From the human T2T-CHM13v2.0 reference genome, Homo sapiens, in the NCBI RefSeq assembly GCF_009914755.1, contig NC_060929.1: a DNA stretch of 64,000 nt. The stretch is one strand, 5' to 3'. A program made the translations under genes and the position numbers. Shown here in pieces: positions 1-13,100 of the stretch. Each line of letters opens with the position of its first letter. The first letter of the stretch is position 1. The notes under the pieces were generated by a model. The model had not been told where the DNA came from. It saw only the letters and a program-made list of their open reading frames with translations, and did not search any database.

Positions 1-170
1 CCTGGGAAGCTTTTAAAGCATACTACTGCTCTTGCCCAATTCCTGGACATTCTAATTTAAATTAATTTTAAAATTTAATTTAGTCTGAGCAAGGTCCAGG
101 TAGTGCTAGACACATTTTAAGAGCTTCCCACATGATATTAATTTGTAACCAAGGTTGAGAACCATTCACT
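1..170. mobile_element. MER5-family hAT DNA transposon fragment
   Basis: cctgggaagcttttaaa...ggttgagaaccatt resembles the MER5 body and terminus. Confidence 0.55.
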
Positions 171-1870
171 AGAGTTAAATTATGGATGGTAGGGAAGAGC
201 TATAGATATCTTTAGTGAGCATTTTAAAAATTAGAATATATTAATTTTTATTTAGATGATCTAAGATAAAGTTTTGTTTGTAACCAATTTATTTTAAATG
301 TTTAATTCTCAATTTTGGAATCTTAGCTTTAGTTCATTCATTGTGGAGAGAATTAGCACAATATCTATATCAGGTTCTGCGTCTGCCCTCAGTACTGCCT
401 GCCTATGGTAGTCTGGGCATTTGTGGAATTACTGCCCCAGATTAACTCTCTGGGGCAATCAGAATATACGTGAAAGTTAGAAATGCCCTACAAGCTATCT
501 TTAAAAAAATTTATTGAAATTTATTTAAAAATAGAATACGACATTAGAGAACACAAACTTGCTTTAAACTCTGAAAATAAGCAAAATGGGGAAGAAAATT
601 GTCCATATCACATAAAGCTTAGTTAGCTGGGGTTTATTTTGTTTGAAGAATAAGGCCAGGTGTGACTCTTTGTTCCTAGAGAGCGATTTTATGGAATGTG
701 ATGTACAGTAATGTAAAGCAAAAAAAAAAAAAAAAAAAAAGCATTAACAACTGTCAAGGGTTGAAACACCACTGGTGAGAAATAGTAAAACCTGAACATA
801 TTACTGAAGATTCCATTTTTGTTTCATGGAGAATTAAAAAAAGGGCAACGGCTCTCTTTTCATCTTTCTTATTTGTTTTGCCTGTGGAACTTGATCTTCA
901 TATATGAATGATGGCATATTTTCCCTTCAGAGTCTTTGATCTTGATACTCTCTCTAGTTCAATAAAATTAGTTTAACAATTTTGGTAAAAAATAAATACT
1001 TAGCGTTTACTCATGCATTTTTACCAGTACAGCTCAGAAGACACAACTTACTGTGTTCCATTTATGTTACTTTCATCCTTTAATCAAATACAGGATCTTT
1101 TGAGTCATCTTTCTTTTCTCTTGAAAAAGCTAGATAGGTGTTCTTGCTTTTATACTCAGTATGTATCAAATCATTTCATGTATTTATTGGATTATGAGAA
1201 AGCAACCTACCATGTTATTCTCTATTTCAAAAAAAATTCCAAAAGGCACTCCTTTTGTATTACTTGATCTGAACTGATTTTATACAATTTTAGCCTAAAA
1301 TTAATTTTTTTAAGATTTGAATGTAACCTACCTAAAAGTCCTTTTAAAAAATAAATCTTTTTTTCTTTTTTTCATAAAGGAAACTATCTTGTAGAAGACG
1401 GAGGTGGCTTGAACAAGATGGGTGAGTGCTGAGATGTAAGCTAAGAAGTATATTCAAGAAAAAAAGGTTTGGGGAAAACAGTATGAATAAAGAGAGGAGA
1501 AGAATCAGTGAGACTGGTTGTGACCAAGATCTTAAACATATTTCCCCAGTGAATGAATGAATAAATAAACCAGACATCAGTAAGTCACAGGCCCAAGGTT
1601 AATCAGGAAACAAGAAGCAGAACCAGGAGGATGGAAGAGAATGAGGGGAGGAAGGGGTGGAGGTGGGGGCAAAGGATTTGGGCTATCTACTCACAAACCT
1701 CGCAGGGAGGGTAGAGCTGAGATTGGAAGGAAGCATAGCTTTAGAGAGGAGTCCAGAGCCAACAGGATCGCACACAGTAGACACACATCCCACTGGGTTT
1801 TTATTTCAGTTGAATTTTCTTGAGTATTCTCATTTTCATTACTTCATTGTAATGAAAGCATTTTAATTAC

Positions 1871-1937
1871 CTCATCTCTGCTGATGAAACAGGGAAATCA
1901 GAGGTATCCACATCATCGTAAACTTCATCTCCCATGT
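1871..1937 (-). CDS. FYB1: FYB1 coding exon 14 (67 nt), second YDDV (SLP-76 SH2) motif
   Basis: (D)MGDEVYDDVDTSDFPVSSAEM(S); acceptor tgttag, donor GTAATT; phase 1->2. The gene continues past the left edge of the window. Confidence 0.96.
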
Positions 1938-3787
1938 CTAACAAAAGACAGAATATCAAAGGTTGAAACACTGTTAGTTTAGATTTTGATATGAGCATTC
2001 AATGATGTTTTTAATATAAAGATTGCTTCAAGGACAATAAAATAAGTTGTCCTAGTGTCTCGGTAAATTTCTCCTGGAAGCATTGTCTGCTTCTGAAAGG
2101 GGAGAGGTTATTATTTGCCAGGATGCATGTGTTAAATTATTCAAAAAACCAGTGACCATAATGATAATCATCGTTATCTGGAAAAAAACTCATGGAACAG
2201 TGACTATGATTATCTGAAGATCTACAAGTGCAATGAATGTCAGGAGTGGCAAATTGCTGATAAACAAATCAACATTACTGGCCACTGGCAGGATGAAGTA
2301 GAGACAGAAATTGAGATTCTTATGGGATTTAGGGTGCTGTGATAATATATATCATCCTATTTAAATGTCTCTCTCCTTCCTTCCTCCTTTCCTTCGCCTC
2401 ATTGATCTGTTTCCCGTTACCTTTTACCTTACAGTGATATTAGGAGTGGCACCACCTTTAAATGGAAAGATTATTTCTTTTAATTAAATACTTCTGTTAC
2501 CAACAGGTATTGAGAAACAGTATTGGCAGAAAAGTTGTCATGATCTTAACTGGTTCAATGGCTTTTCCAATCATTAAAGCTTTTTCTCCCTTCTAGACTT
2601 CTTACTAATAAAGTCAGGAATAATGCTTCCTCCCTGCACATATTAATTACTCTACAGTCAATGAAGCTGAAGAGATTGAGTTGAAGAAATTGCAAATATT
2701 TTAAGGAGTTATTACCATAAAAAGTTTAAATACTCTCTGGTAGTGGCAAGGAATTTATTTCCTTTATAAAATCTCCCCCTCTATGTCCTCCACCCTCGTG
2801 TGTATTCAGGTTAACTAATTTCACACGATGAAACTTGCTCAGCTGCGTGAAAAATAAATACTTTAAAAAATATCATCTAGAAGGGTCAAAGTTACTACTC
2901 CGTGCACATGCACTTAAAACATATTTAAGAACAACAAGCAATTCTAACAAAACCTTATTTTTTACAGAATTGATTACTTTTGTTTCATTTTATACCCACT
3001 TTTTGAGGAGTTAATTTTTTTGAATACTTTAAAAATATTATAGATTAGAACACAAGCTTATTATCAGGCACTGATCAGCTTGAGTTTGTCCCTTACATAT
3101 TTTCAAATTGATAACTGAAAAGAAAGTTCTAATGTCAGATAAAGGGTCTATAGAAGAATAGATTACCTCTGTGTTGGTTTGCTCTTTTAATATACTTATA
3201 AGTTAAAATAAATAAACTTTTTGAAAGCCCCTGAATATTCTTAAGACAACATTTTATTTCGTTCAAAGTAAATTTTAAAAACATCTAAAGATCTGTCTCA
3301 GCAGGGATGAAAAAATAGTAACTGATAGAAATTTTATAAAGAAACTGTTATATTTAACATTTTCCAAATACAATATAAACTATCCATTTAAATATTCAAA
3401 GAAATTAGATTTAGAAGAGGCTTACTGGCATGTAATCTGGAATGTTTTTAGATATCCTTATGCAGAAGTCTCATATATCAAGCTTGGACTGAATTGAGGC
3501 TGGGGGATATAGGGAAAATTGGTGCTTATCCCTTCCCACTTATCCCTAACCCAATAGTGGCTCTTGGAAGAACAGTTTAAAAACTATCAGTCTTTTTAAT
3601 TTTTCTCATCTTGCTATTTTATCATTGAGCACCTGTGACCACCCAAGGTAAAGTTACTTGCTCAAGGCTACACAATTTATTATTTTCAGAGTCAAGACTT
3701 TAATGCAGATACTATATCCAGAGCTTTCCCACTACCACACTGCAAGAAATGAAGATACAGAACATACAATCAGTTTTTATTACTTAC

Positions 3788-3813
3788 CCAATTGTTTAGG
3801 AGGAGCAGGGAAA
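3788..3813 (-). CDS. FYB1: FYB1 micro-exon 13 (26 nt), FPAPP motif
   Basis: T TTC CCT GCT CCT CCT AAA CAA TTG G = FPAPPKQL; acceptor ttgtag, donor GTAAGT; phase 2->1. Confidence 0.95.
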
Positions 3814-4449
3814 CTACAAAGAAAGTGAGAACACAATTATAATCAGACTAACATGAACACAGAAATTGATTCCGTTATATAGGAGAGTATAAAGGGGCAA
3901 TAGCCTAGAGGCATATTGGGTTACTTCATCTGTTGACCATCATTTCTTTCTCATCCTCCATTTCTCCACTAAGTCCATTTCTGTTTATCAATTTGGAACT
4001 TAGCAAGACATTTTTTGAACCCCAAATGTTTGCCAAAATGTCCAGAGTCAAGATACTCAATTGGTTTATTTTGCCCATAGCCACTGGATCAAAATTTCCA
4101 GATTTGCTATATGAGGTTTGGGCATAATATCAAGCCAGAGTAAATGAAAGGGACTCAGTATTTTGGAGGCATCGTGGCATACATATTCTGCCTCCAAACT
4201 GCTTATTTGAATTAAAGAGCAGAAATACAGACTCAAAATTAATAGAGGTCACAGGAATATGACCATGTTTCCCAATATGTGCATATATACCCCAAAACAG
4301 GAAAATGGTGAATAAGAGGAATATTTACTTAAACCAGAGAGTGAGAGCTTATTAATTAAAGTGCTCTGAAATCAGAATTAAGTGGCATTTGGCTGCAACA
4401 GAAGAAGACCCATGCTTCTATTTTCTGAAATATGACTTCTAAATACACT

Positions 4450-4451
<2 letters not shown>

Positions 4452-4491
<40 letters not shown>

Positions 4492-4507
4492 ACACACACA
4501 AACACAC
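4452..4507 (+). repeat. (CA)n microsatellite
   Basis: About 19 perfect CA units plus an imperfect tail. Confidence 0.95.
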
Positions 4508-5532
4508 CACGGAAAGAATGGTGCACAGAACAGAAATGACTGGTTAGAATAGAATGTGAGGGATCATTAATTCAAATGATCCCAAATCAGATTTGGATAG
4601 TATGTAATTGAAGCAGAAAAAAAAAACCCTCTCATTTTTAAGTAAGGGTTATATTTGAGTAATGCTGCTCAAGAGAAGGTTTCTTGTGTTTTCCTAGAAT
4701 TTCAAGTGTACTCTTTATTGACTTGTTGCTTTGGTGTTTTACAAGCCAATTGGGAATGCTATATGGAATTAACATCTTATAAAGACTTGAGCTAAATGTG
4801 GTGAATTCATGAGCTAAATATAAAACAGAAAGATTTTCTTGTACCAGGGAATATGATTAAGATCTTTCAAATTCATATGTATGGAATTTATACTAAAGGA
4901 TTATTTTTGGAATAGAAAGATAAAAGTTATGCCTTAGATTTTATTTGGACAAACTTAAGATGTTTAGAATACTTTTAGTATAGGAAAAATTATTAATATA
5001 TCATTAGAGTGTAATATAGTTAAAAGTCTTTAATTATTGTACTTAGAGAAAAAAATTCAAAATTATGTTCTTTATTTCAAACTATTAAAAAGAATGTATA
5101 TTTTGAAGAGTATTCAATATAAAATACTATGCAGTAAAATGTGGCATTGGAATTGTGAGTTTTCAGATGTAATGCTATATTTTAAAAGGTCCTAGTAAAT
5201 GGGTGTGTCAGTGTTTGTGTATGACTGTGTGGATGAGCGTGAGAGGGTATGTGTGCAATTATGTGTACATGTGTGTTTTTGTGCATTTTTGTGAAGAAAG
5301 TAAAATATATCTTTGAACTATATGATGATTTCTGAGTACTTGGCCTTCTTTTATGTAATGCAGGAGCTTAAAGGTGACACCATAAACGGGGCTAAGATGA
5401 TTAACGGAAAATTGCATTAAGATGATTTAAGTCTATCAGAATTTGGTTATTGGTTATAGAATATTAGTAGCATTTGATTCAATACATATTAGTGTAGTTA
5501 TTGTACACTGGATTTGGTTGGTTGACTCTTAC

Positions 5533-5670
5533 GATGAACCTTCATTATTGTCTGAGTCAGAGACTTTAGGTTTCTCTCGTATACTTTTCTTTCTGTCATC
5601 TTTTCCCTTTAACATCTTCAAAATCCCCCAGGACCACGTATTACTCTTCTCTTGAACCTGTAGTGTGGAG
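5533..5670 (-). CDS. FYB1: FYB1 cassette exon 12 (138 nt, 46 aa; FYB-130-specific insert)
   Basis: STLQVQEKSNTWSWGILKMLKGKDDRKKSIREKPKVSDSDNNEGS(S); symmetric phase 2->2, length divisible by 3; acceptor ccaaag, donor GTAAGA; matches the known 46-aa difference between the ADAP isoforms. Confidence 0.93.
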
Positions 5671-5949
5671 CTTTGGAGCATGCAGGCATTGATCAGAATG
5701 TAATAATCAGCGGCAAGTGAAGACATTGTGTGGACATTCAGATTCTTTATAATCATTAATCATTACGGCCACATTAATCATTCAGGCAGTAAATAACTCA
5801 TTTTATTGGACAAAATAGTGTTATTAAATTTACAGATCATGGTGATTGAATACTGCTCCTACGAACCTGATCATTTTTTTTTCTATCAAGTGAGAATTCT
5901 CCCACTTCTTAAAATGTGAAGCAAGTCCATAAGGATTAAGTTTCAAAGA

Positions 5950-6254
5950 ACTGGATGTGGTGGCTCACCCCTGTGATCCTGGCACTTTGGGAAGCCAAAG
6001 TGGGAGGATTGCTTAAGCCCAGGAGTTTGAGACAAGCCTGGGCAACATAGCAAAACCTCATCTCTACTAAAAATAAAAAACATTAGCTGGGTGTGGTGGT
6101 GCACACCTGTGGTCCCAGCTGCTCAGAGGCTGAGGTAGGAGGATTGCTTGAGCCTGGGAGTTTGAGGCTGCAGTGAGCTATGATCCTACCACTGCATTCT
6201 AGCTGGGGCAACAGAGTGAGACCTGGTCTCAAAAAAAAAAAAAAAAAAAAAAAA
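5950..6254 (+). mobile_element. Alu (AluJ-like)
   Basis: Dimeric Alu with ggaggattgcttgagc diagnostics and a poly(A) tail. Confidence 0.92.
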
Positions 6255-6301
6255 GCTTGGACATCAATTTTGCTTTATTTATGATTAAAATGAAGTAATT
6301 A

Positions 6302-6618
<317 letters not shown>

Positions 6619-6941
6619 GAAATCTTAAACTTTTAAATATGCCATTTAAAATGGAAAAAGAAAATTTATTTTCTTATTGACCTAAAATATTTTTATGTTT
6701 ATAAATTGTTATAATTATTATAAATGAACAGATAATTATTATTAAGTTAAAGGATTAAGTATTCAATACTGGTTCTGCCATAGGTAGCATAGGTCTCAAT
6801 TTATTTGGGTTGCCTATATTATAATCATGTTATTACACAAGGGATAGCCATGCAACTGATAAACTCTTCAGGGATTGTTGTAAAAGTAAATTATTGATCA
6901 ATAAAGACTTTATTAGGAAAGACTTAAAAAATATCCACAAC

Positions 6942-7008
6942 TGCCAGTGCACTCCAGCCTGGGCGACAGAGTGAGACTCTGTCTCAAAAAAAAAAAAAAA
7001 AAAAAAAA
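6942..7008 (+). mobile_element. Severely 5'-truncated Alu
   Basis: Only gcactccagcctgggcgacagagtgagactctgtctc plus poly(A). Confidence 0.88.
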
Positions 7009-7275
7009 TACACAACACCTGTAATTTATCTTTTGTTTTCATTTCACTTGTTTTGCTGTAGTTATTGAAGTTCTTCCAAACAATCAAACACTTCGTTTGA
7101 AGTGTGGTGAAATTACACTTCCTGGTTTACAATTGCTGTTAATTAAACATTCAAATCATTTGGGGTAATGTGAGAAAGAACACTATTTTCCGCTTTTTAT
7201 TTTAACTGGAAATCAAAACTAAATTTCAATGTATATATAATAATTTGCAAAAAGCAGTTCACTGATTATTCTTAC

Positions 7276-7342
7276 CCATCATCAGCATCTTCCTCTTCAA
7301 TCCCATCATAAATGTCATCATCTGGTGGTGGAGGGAATATCC
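7276..7342 (-). CDS. FYB1: FYB1 coding exon 11 (67 nt), FPPPP EVH1 ligand and YDGI (FYN SH2) motif
   Basis: (G)IFPPPPDDDIYDGIEEEDADD(G); acceptor atgaag, donor GTAAGA; phase 1->2. Confidence 0.96.
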
Positions 7343-8379
7343 CTTCATTTGGATTGGAGGAAAATCTTCTGTTAATTTTATAATTTGGCCATGTAATGCT
7401 CACTCAGATTTTAATTGTAAATCTTCCTTATTTAACTGCAGAGAGCATTTCACTTTCATGTAAACCATTTAAATAAAAACACTTTGTTGATTATTTTATA
7501 AAGAATTCTTAGGGGTGAAATTACAATAACAAAATGAGGGCTAAGAGGCACTGTGGACTTGAGTTGAAAGGAATGAGGGTGCAAAAACATGAGAAAAAGT
7601 AAACTTAAATAGGGCATGGAGTTAAATATTTATTGTGGAAAAAGAAGTGAGGAGGTGATACAAATCTAGCTAACTAGTTAATGGTGAGGAGACATTTAGG
7701 AAAAGATACTGATCAAGACACAAGAGAAGAAAAGCAATGGGATGAAAGGTGAATTTGTAAATATTGATGGTAGTTGAAACAGAAAGAAGTGAAAAGTGAC
7801 TTTTAAAATACATATTTTTGAAAGTTAAACTGTTTCTGGTTTCATTTGTTATTCTATGCTCTTCAGGAAACTTGCTATTTGACAGATATTTACTTAACAA
7901 TTGTTTATTGAGTAGTTTCTATGTGCAGGAATATGTAAAATGACCTTGAAATTTGACTTTTAGTATGAGAACTTTAGCACTGCAAGTGTTAGATCAAATC
8001 CCTTATTTTGTTGCTGGGAAATATAGGGGCCATTGAACTACAGTCAAGGTGACTAGATAGGTTATCATCTAAACAAAAACACTTCCAAAAGTGAAGGAGA
8101 ATGCTGTTATTAATTGTGCTCTGATGACTGGAATAAGTCAAGACTGTCCTGAACACATTGGAGTGGAGTCACCATACCATCTGTAACAAACTTAAAAGAA
8201 AGAAGTGGCTTACTCTGAGTCACTTGCTGGCTAGCTCTAGAATCCAGTTTATTGACTCTCAAGCTAGTGTTCTTTCCATCGTATTAAGATCTCTCTCATT
8301 ATTTGTAAACTAAAGCATTTTTTTCATTAATATACACAAACATGATGAAGGCTTATGAAGAAATTATTGATAAAAGTGC

Positions 8380-10095
8380 ATGGTTTCCCATGCTCACATA
8401 TTAGAATAATTAATATTGCTAAAAGGACCATATTACCCAAAGCAATTTACGAATTTAATGTAATCTCTATCAAAATACCAAAGTCATCTTTCACAGAATA
8501 GGAAAAACAATCCTTAAATTTGTATGAAATAAAAAAGAGCATTAATAGCCAAAGCAATCCTGAGCAAAAAGAATAAAGCTGGAAGCATCACACTCCCTGA
8601 TTTTGTGTTGTAACCAATCAGCATACCGTTGGTATAAAAATAGAAACAAAAACCAATGAAACAGAAAACAGAACCCAGAAATAAAGTCACATATTTATAG
8701 CCAACTGATTTTAGAAAAAGGCACCAAGAACATACACTGGGGAAAAAACACCCTTATCAGTAAGTGGTGCTGGGAAAACTGGATATCCATATGGAAAAAG
8801 AATAAAACTAGGCGCCATCTCTCACCATATATAAAAATCAACTCAAGATAGATTAAGGATTTAAACATAAGACCTAAAAGTATAAAACAACTGTAAGAAA
8901 ACATAGAGAAAACACTCCAAGACATTGGTCTAGGTAGAGATTTCATGACTAACACCCCAAAAGCACAGGCAACAAAAACAAAAATAGACAAATGGGATTA
9001 TATTAAACTAAAAGCTTCTGTATGGCAAAGCAATCAACCAACAGAGTGAAGAGATGGCTTGTTGAATGGGAGAAAATATTTGCAAACTATTCATCTCAAA
9101 AGGGATGAGTATTCAGAATATACAAAAACTCAATCAATTCAACAGCAAAATTCCCAAACAATCCCATAAAAAGGTGGGCAAAGGATCTAAAAAGACATTT
9201 CTTAGAAGAAGACATACAAATGGCCAACAGGCATATGAAAAAATGCTCAACATCACTAATCATCTTACCCCAGTTAGAATGGCTGTTATCAAAAAGAAAA
9301 ATAGTAACTGATGCTGGCAAGGATGTGGAAAAAAAGAAACTCATACTGTCGGTGGGAATATATATTCATACAGTCATTATGGAGATTTTTCAAAAAAACT
9401 AAAAATAGAACTATCATGCAATCCAGCAATCTCACTACTGGATATTTTTCTGAAGGAAAGAGAATCAGTATATCAAATGGATATTTGCATCCCCAAGTGT
9501 ATTGCAGCACTATTCACAGTAGCAAAGATATAGAATCAACCTAATTATCATTGGATGAATGGATAAAGAAAATTTTGTCTATACGCAATGAAATACTATT
9601 TGGTCATAAAAAAAAAAGAATGAAATCATGTCATTTGCAGCAATATGGATGAAACTGGAAGTCATATTAAGTGGAATAAGCCAGATATAGAAAGACAAAT
9701 ACTGCATGTACTCACACATATGTGGGAGCTAAAAAAGTTTGTTTCATGGAGGTAGAGAGTAGAGTGATTGTTACCAGAGGCTGAGAGGGATGTAAGAATG
9801 TGTTTGGGGGGACATGAAGAGAGATTGGTGAATGGGTACAAGCATACAGTTAGATAGAAGGAATAAGTTCTAATGCTTAATAGTAGAGTAGGGTGACTAT
9901 AATTAACAATAATACATTGTACATTTCAATATAGCCAGAAGTGAGAACTCGAAATGTTCTCAACACATAAAAATGATAAATGCTCATGATGATGGATAGC
10001 CTAAATACGCTGACTTGAACAATACACATTCTATGCATGTAACAAAATAACACATGTGCTCCATAAATACATGCCAATATATGTATCAATTGTAA
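8380..10095 (+). mobile_element. L1 (L1MA-like) 3' fragment: end of ORF2 plus 3'UTR
   Basis: L1 hallmarks atagccaaagcaatcctgagcaaaaagaataaagctggaagcatcac, ggatgaatggataaagaaaat and the L1MA-type 3'UTR agttagatagaaggaataagttct. Confidence 0.92.
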
Positions 10096-10124
10096 AATGT
10101 CATTTTAAGAAGCGTGTGGCTTAC

Positions 10125-10147
10125 CTCCACTTCCACTCTGACTGTGG
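10125..10147 (-). CDS. FYB1: FYB1 micro-exon 10 (23 nt)
   Basis: C CAC AGT CAG AGT GGA AGT GGA G = HSQSGSG; acceptor ttctag, donor GTAAGC; phase 2->1. Confidence 0.94.
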
Positions 10148-13100
10148 CTAGAAAAGAAACCCAGAAATATTAAGTTAATCTATGAATTACTTAGCTATGA
10201 GGAAGAGAAGTACATATCCTGATTAGTTATTCAAAAGAGAAATAACATTCCAGTCGAAAGTTCTTAGAATGCTATATGTAAAGAGGAAAAAATGTTCCTT
10301 ATCATCATAGATGGGTAATGACAAGGCAACAAAACAAAACAAATAAAAACAACAAGAATTAAGTTAATTATGCACTATATATGATATAGAAAATGATGAT
10401 ATTGTTTGCTTTTGACATTTTTGTATGAGGTTGTTTTCAGATGATACATTATGACATCATTCCATAGATGGACCATTAAAACAAGCCCCAAGGGTATTAT
10501 TATTCCATAAGTCACATAGAGCAATTATTGTTGCATTAAATTAAATTATCTTTCAATATCTTTTGACCACAGCATTTTACTCCTAGTCTAATAGCAGTCA
10601 TTTTTCTTTAAAGGGAGAACTTTAAAAAACTTGAAATCTCATTCAGGGGGCTTTTATCTGGTATGACTGCTGAATCTGTAAATCCAGATTGCCTGTGTTT
10701 CTTACTTACTTTCACATCATTCTATATTTTCTCTATTTTAGCATTTATGTTATAATTGTCTGTTTTCTTGCCTATATCTCCCACTAAAATGTGATTTCTG
10801 TGAGATCAAAGGAAATGTAGACTGTGAGAATGGAAAAAATCCCAGAAATCATCTCTTCAATTCCCTCATTATACAGAAAAGAAACCAGGCTCTGAGAAAT
10901 TAAGTGACTTGACCACGCCCACTTTTACACCTAGCTGCACTCACTATACCCCCAGTTTTCTGCCAGCAACAGATATCAGTTTAATGTTAGTGTCTTAGAG
11001 GACAATTATATAGTACTCATATCTGATTTCCTAACGTTAAAAGTGGGTGAAAGAAATTGATCTGATGCAGATCTCCTGTTAAATTTGAAATAAAAACATA
11101 AAGTTGCTGTCAGGAACTTTGTAGGAAAACATGCTAGAAATGTCTTCCTATATAAATAAGGAACTGCTTTTTGAAGAAGTTGCAGTACACTGTCTGCTTG
11201 CTTATGTACCATTTTGACATTTATTTTTCCTGACTCTTCCCTCTGAGCATGATGCATGAAGCAGGCAGTTGGAATTATGTGAAGAGCTGCATTCTGCTTG
11301 GCTGCCACTCTTGGCAGATACTTTTCATCTTGGATTTTTATACCAATTTCCAAAGAACAGGGTTGTTGGAATAAGGAGCAAAGCTCCTGTTTTATTTCAT
11401 GTCTAGAGCAATTATTCAACTTCCTAAAATGGCCTGTTTAGAACATTTGATGAAAACATTTGATGAAGTGAAGAAGAGGTAGAGAGAGCAGGATGTGACA
11501 GGAGACGAGAGGGAGAGAGAGAGATACATGGAAGGAAGAAGGTTTACTATGAAATGGTAGAGGGGTATTTGCATTTGCAATTCCCTTTTCTTCAATGTTT
11601 CATATTTACTGTAGATACTGCTTTAGTGGAGAAGGAAAAGAGAAGGACAGCTGTCAGGGGCTGTGCTTTGAAGCCTCAAAACTGCTCCCGGAGTTTGAAG
11701 CACTCACAGCCATTGCTCTTCACTCTAGGGAATCAGGAAAGAGCTGGTAGAGTGCCTGAGCCAGGAATCATGAGCAGGAGGGAGAAGATGATGCCTTCTC
11801 TTCTTATTCTTGCCAGGGCAAGCTGCCGGCTACACTCAGCATCTTCCCTTTTTCTAAGAACAAAGCATGTTCTGTTATGAGATCTCTGCCCGCAGCAGCT
11901 GCAGTTTCAAAAATAAAACATGTATAGAAATGTCTTCTTCTTTAATTTTCTTAGTAAGGGTGCATAAGAGAGGGCTAGATGCTAGTAAATATTGTGGGGC
12001 TATACTTGTTTAAGATACTGAGCATTAAAACCCTACAACTCTTCCAACTTCCTGCTTTTACTAAATATAAGATTCTTTTTTTGTTATATGTTTACTAAAG
12101 TAGAGCAGGTTTTTAGAGTCGTGGTATGTATGGATTCAATAAAATGGAAAAAGGTGATAATGCTAGTTTTGGGAAATATTCACCCAATATGGTTAAACAA
12201 AGTTTCATTCTAAGAACCTCATTGTTTTTTCTGGATTTGTTATTTTTTTCTTGAGTATGCACATCCATGTAAATATGCGCAAATAATGTAACTGGAATTC
12301 TTTCACCAAAAATTAAGGGAGTGTGCTTTTTAAAAAACAAAAGGCACACACAAAGTATATACATTGGTAATATGCTTGACATAGTCATGAAAATTCTGTA
12401 AGTTACAGAATGTGACGATTTGGAACTTCATCTGGCCTCAAAACTGGCATTTACTGACTCACACTAGGTCGATGTTTGACTAAAGTCAGTTAATGATCTC
12501 CAAACTCTAGTGCATGCATTGTATGTTTTGGTATATGTTGCATAATTTATGTTTAGAACATGGTAAGAAGGCATAGCCGGCTGTAATTCATTTTAGAAAG
12601 ACAAAACTGCTAGAAAGCAGCATAACAAGCTTAACTGATACCATGATATAAAAGATCATAAGAGGAAAATTTAATTCTTCATGTGCTTTATAAGTGTATT
12701 ACTAATTTGGTGTTTTAGAAATGGCTGACAATGAAGATTGTTTCCTTTGAAATTTGAGTTATGAAGAATGCAGACACAGTTTTACCCAGGTGAAGAGCTA
12801 GCACAGATGATGTTTTTTGGGATCACAATGGAGGTTTCCTAGTTTTATAAAGTAGTCATCAAAAAACTAAAGTTCTGAACTGGACCAGAGATTTTCCTCC
12901 TTTCAACTTGAGGGGATTATGGCTTTAAACTGAAAACGGAGGTGTTGGAGGAAAGAAGGAATGAAAGGAGAAAGGGAATGGAAAAGTACAAAAGAGACAA
13001 AAGAATGACAAAAAATCAGAGCTGGAACAAAGAGAAGAAGAGGAGAGATGGAGAGAGGAAAGAAGCAGAAGACTAAGAAAGGAAAGAAGAGAAGGAGAGG

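Noticed and set aside
8695-10089. Cluster of 60-98 aa ORFs
   Set aside because: They are fragments or antisense frames of a degenerate L1.
11006-11419. 137-aa minus-strand ORF as a protein-coding gene
   Set aside because: TTG start, no recognisable domain and no clear splice boundaries; kept only as part of a low-confidence regulatory finding.
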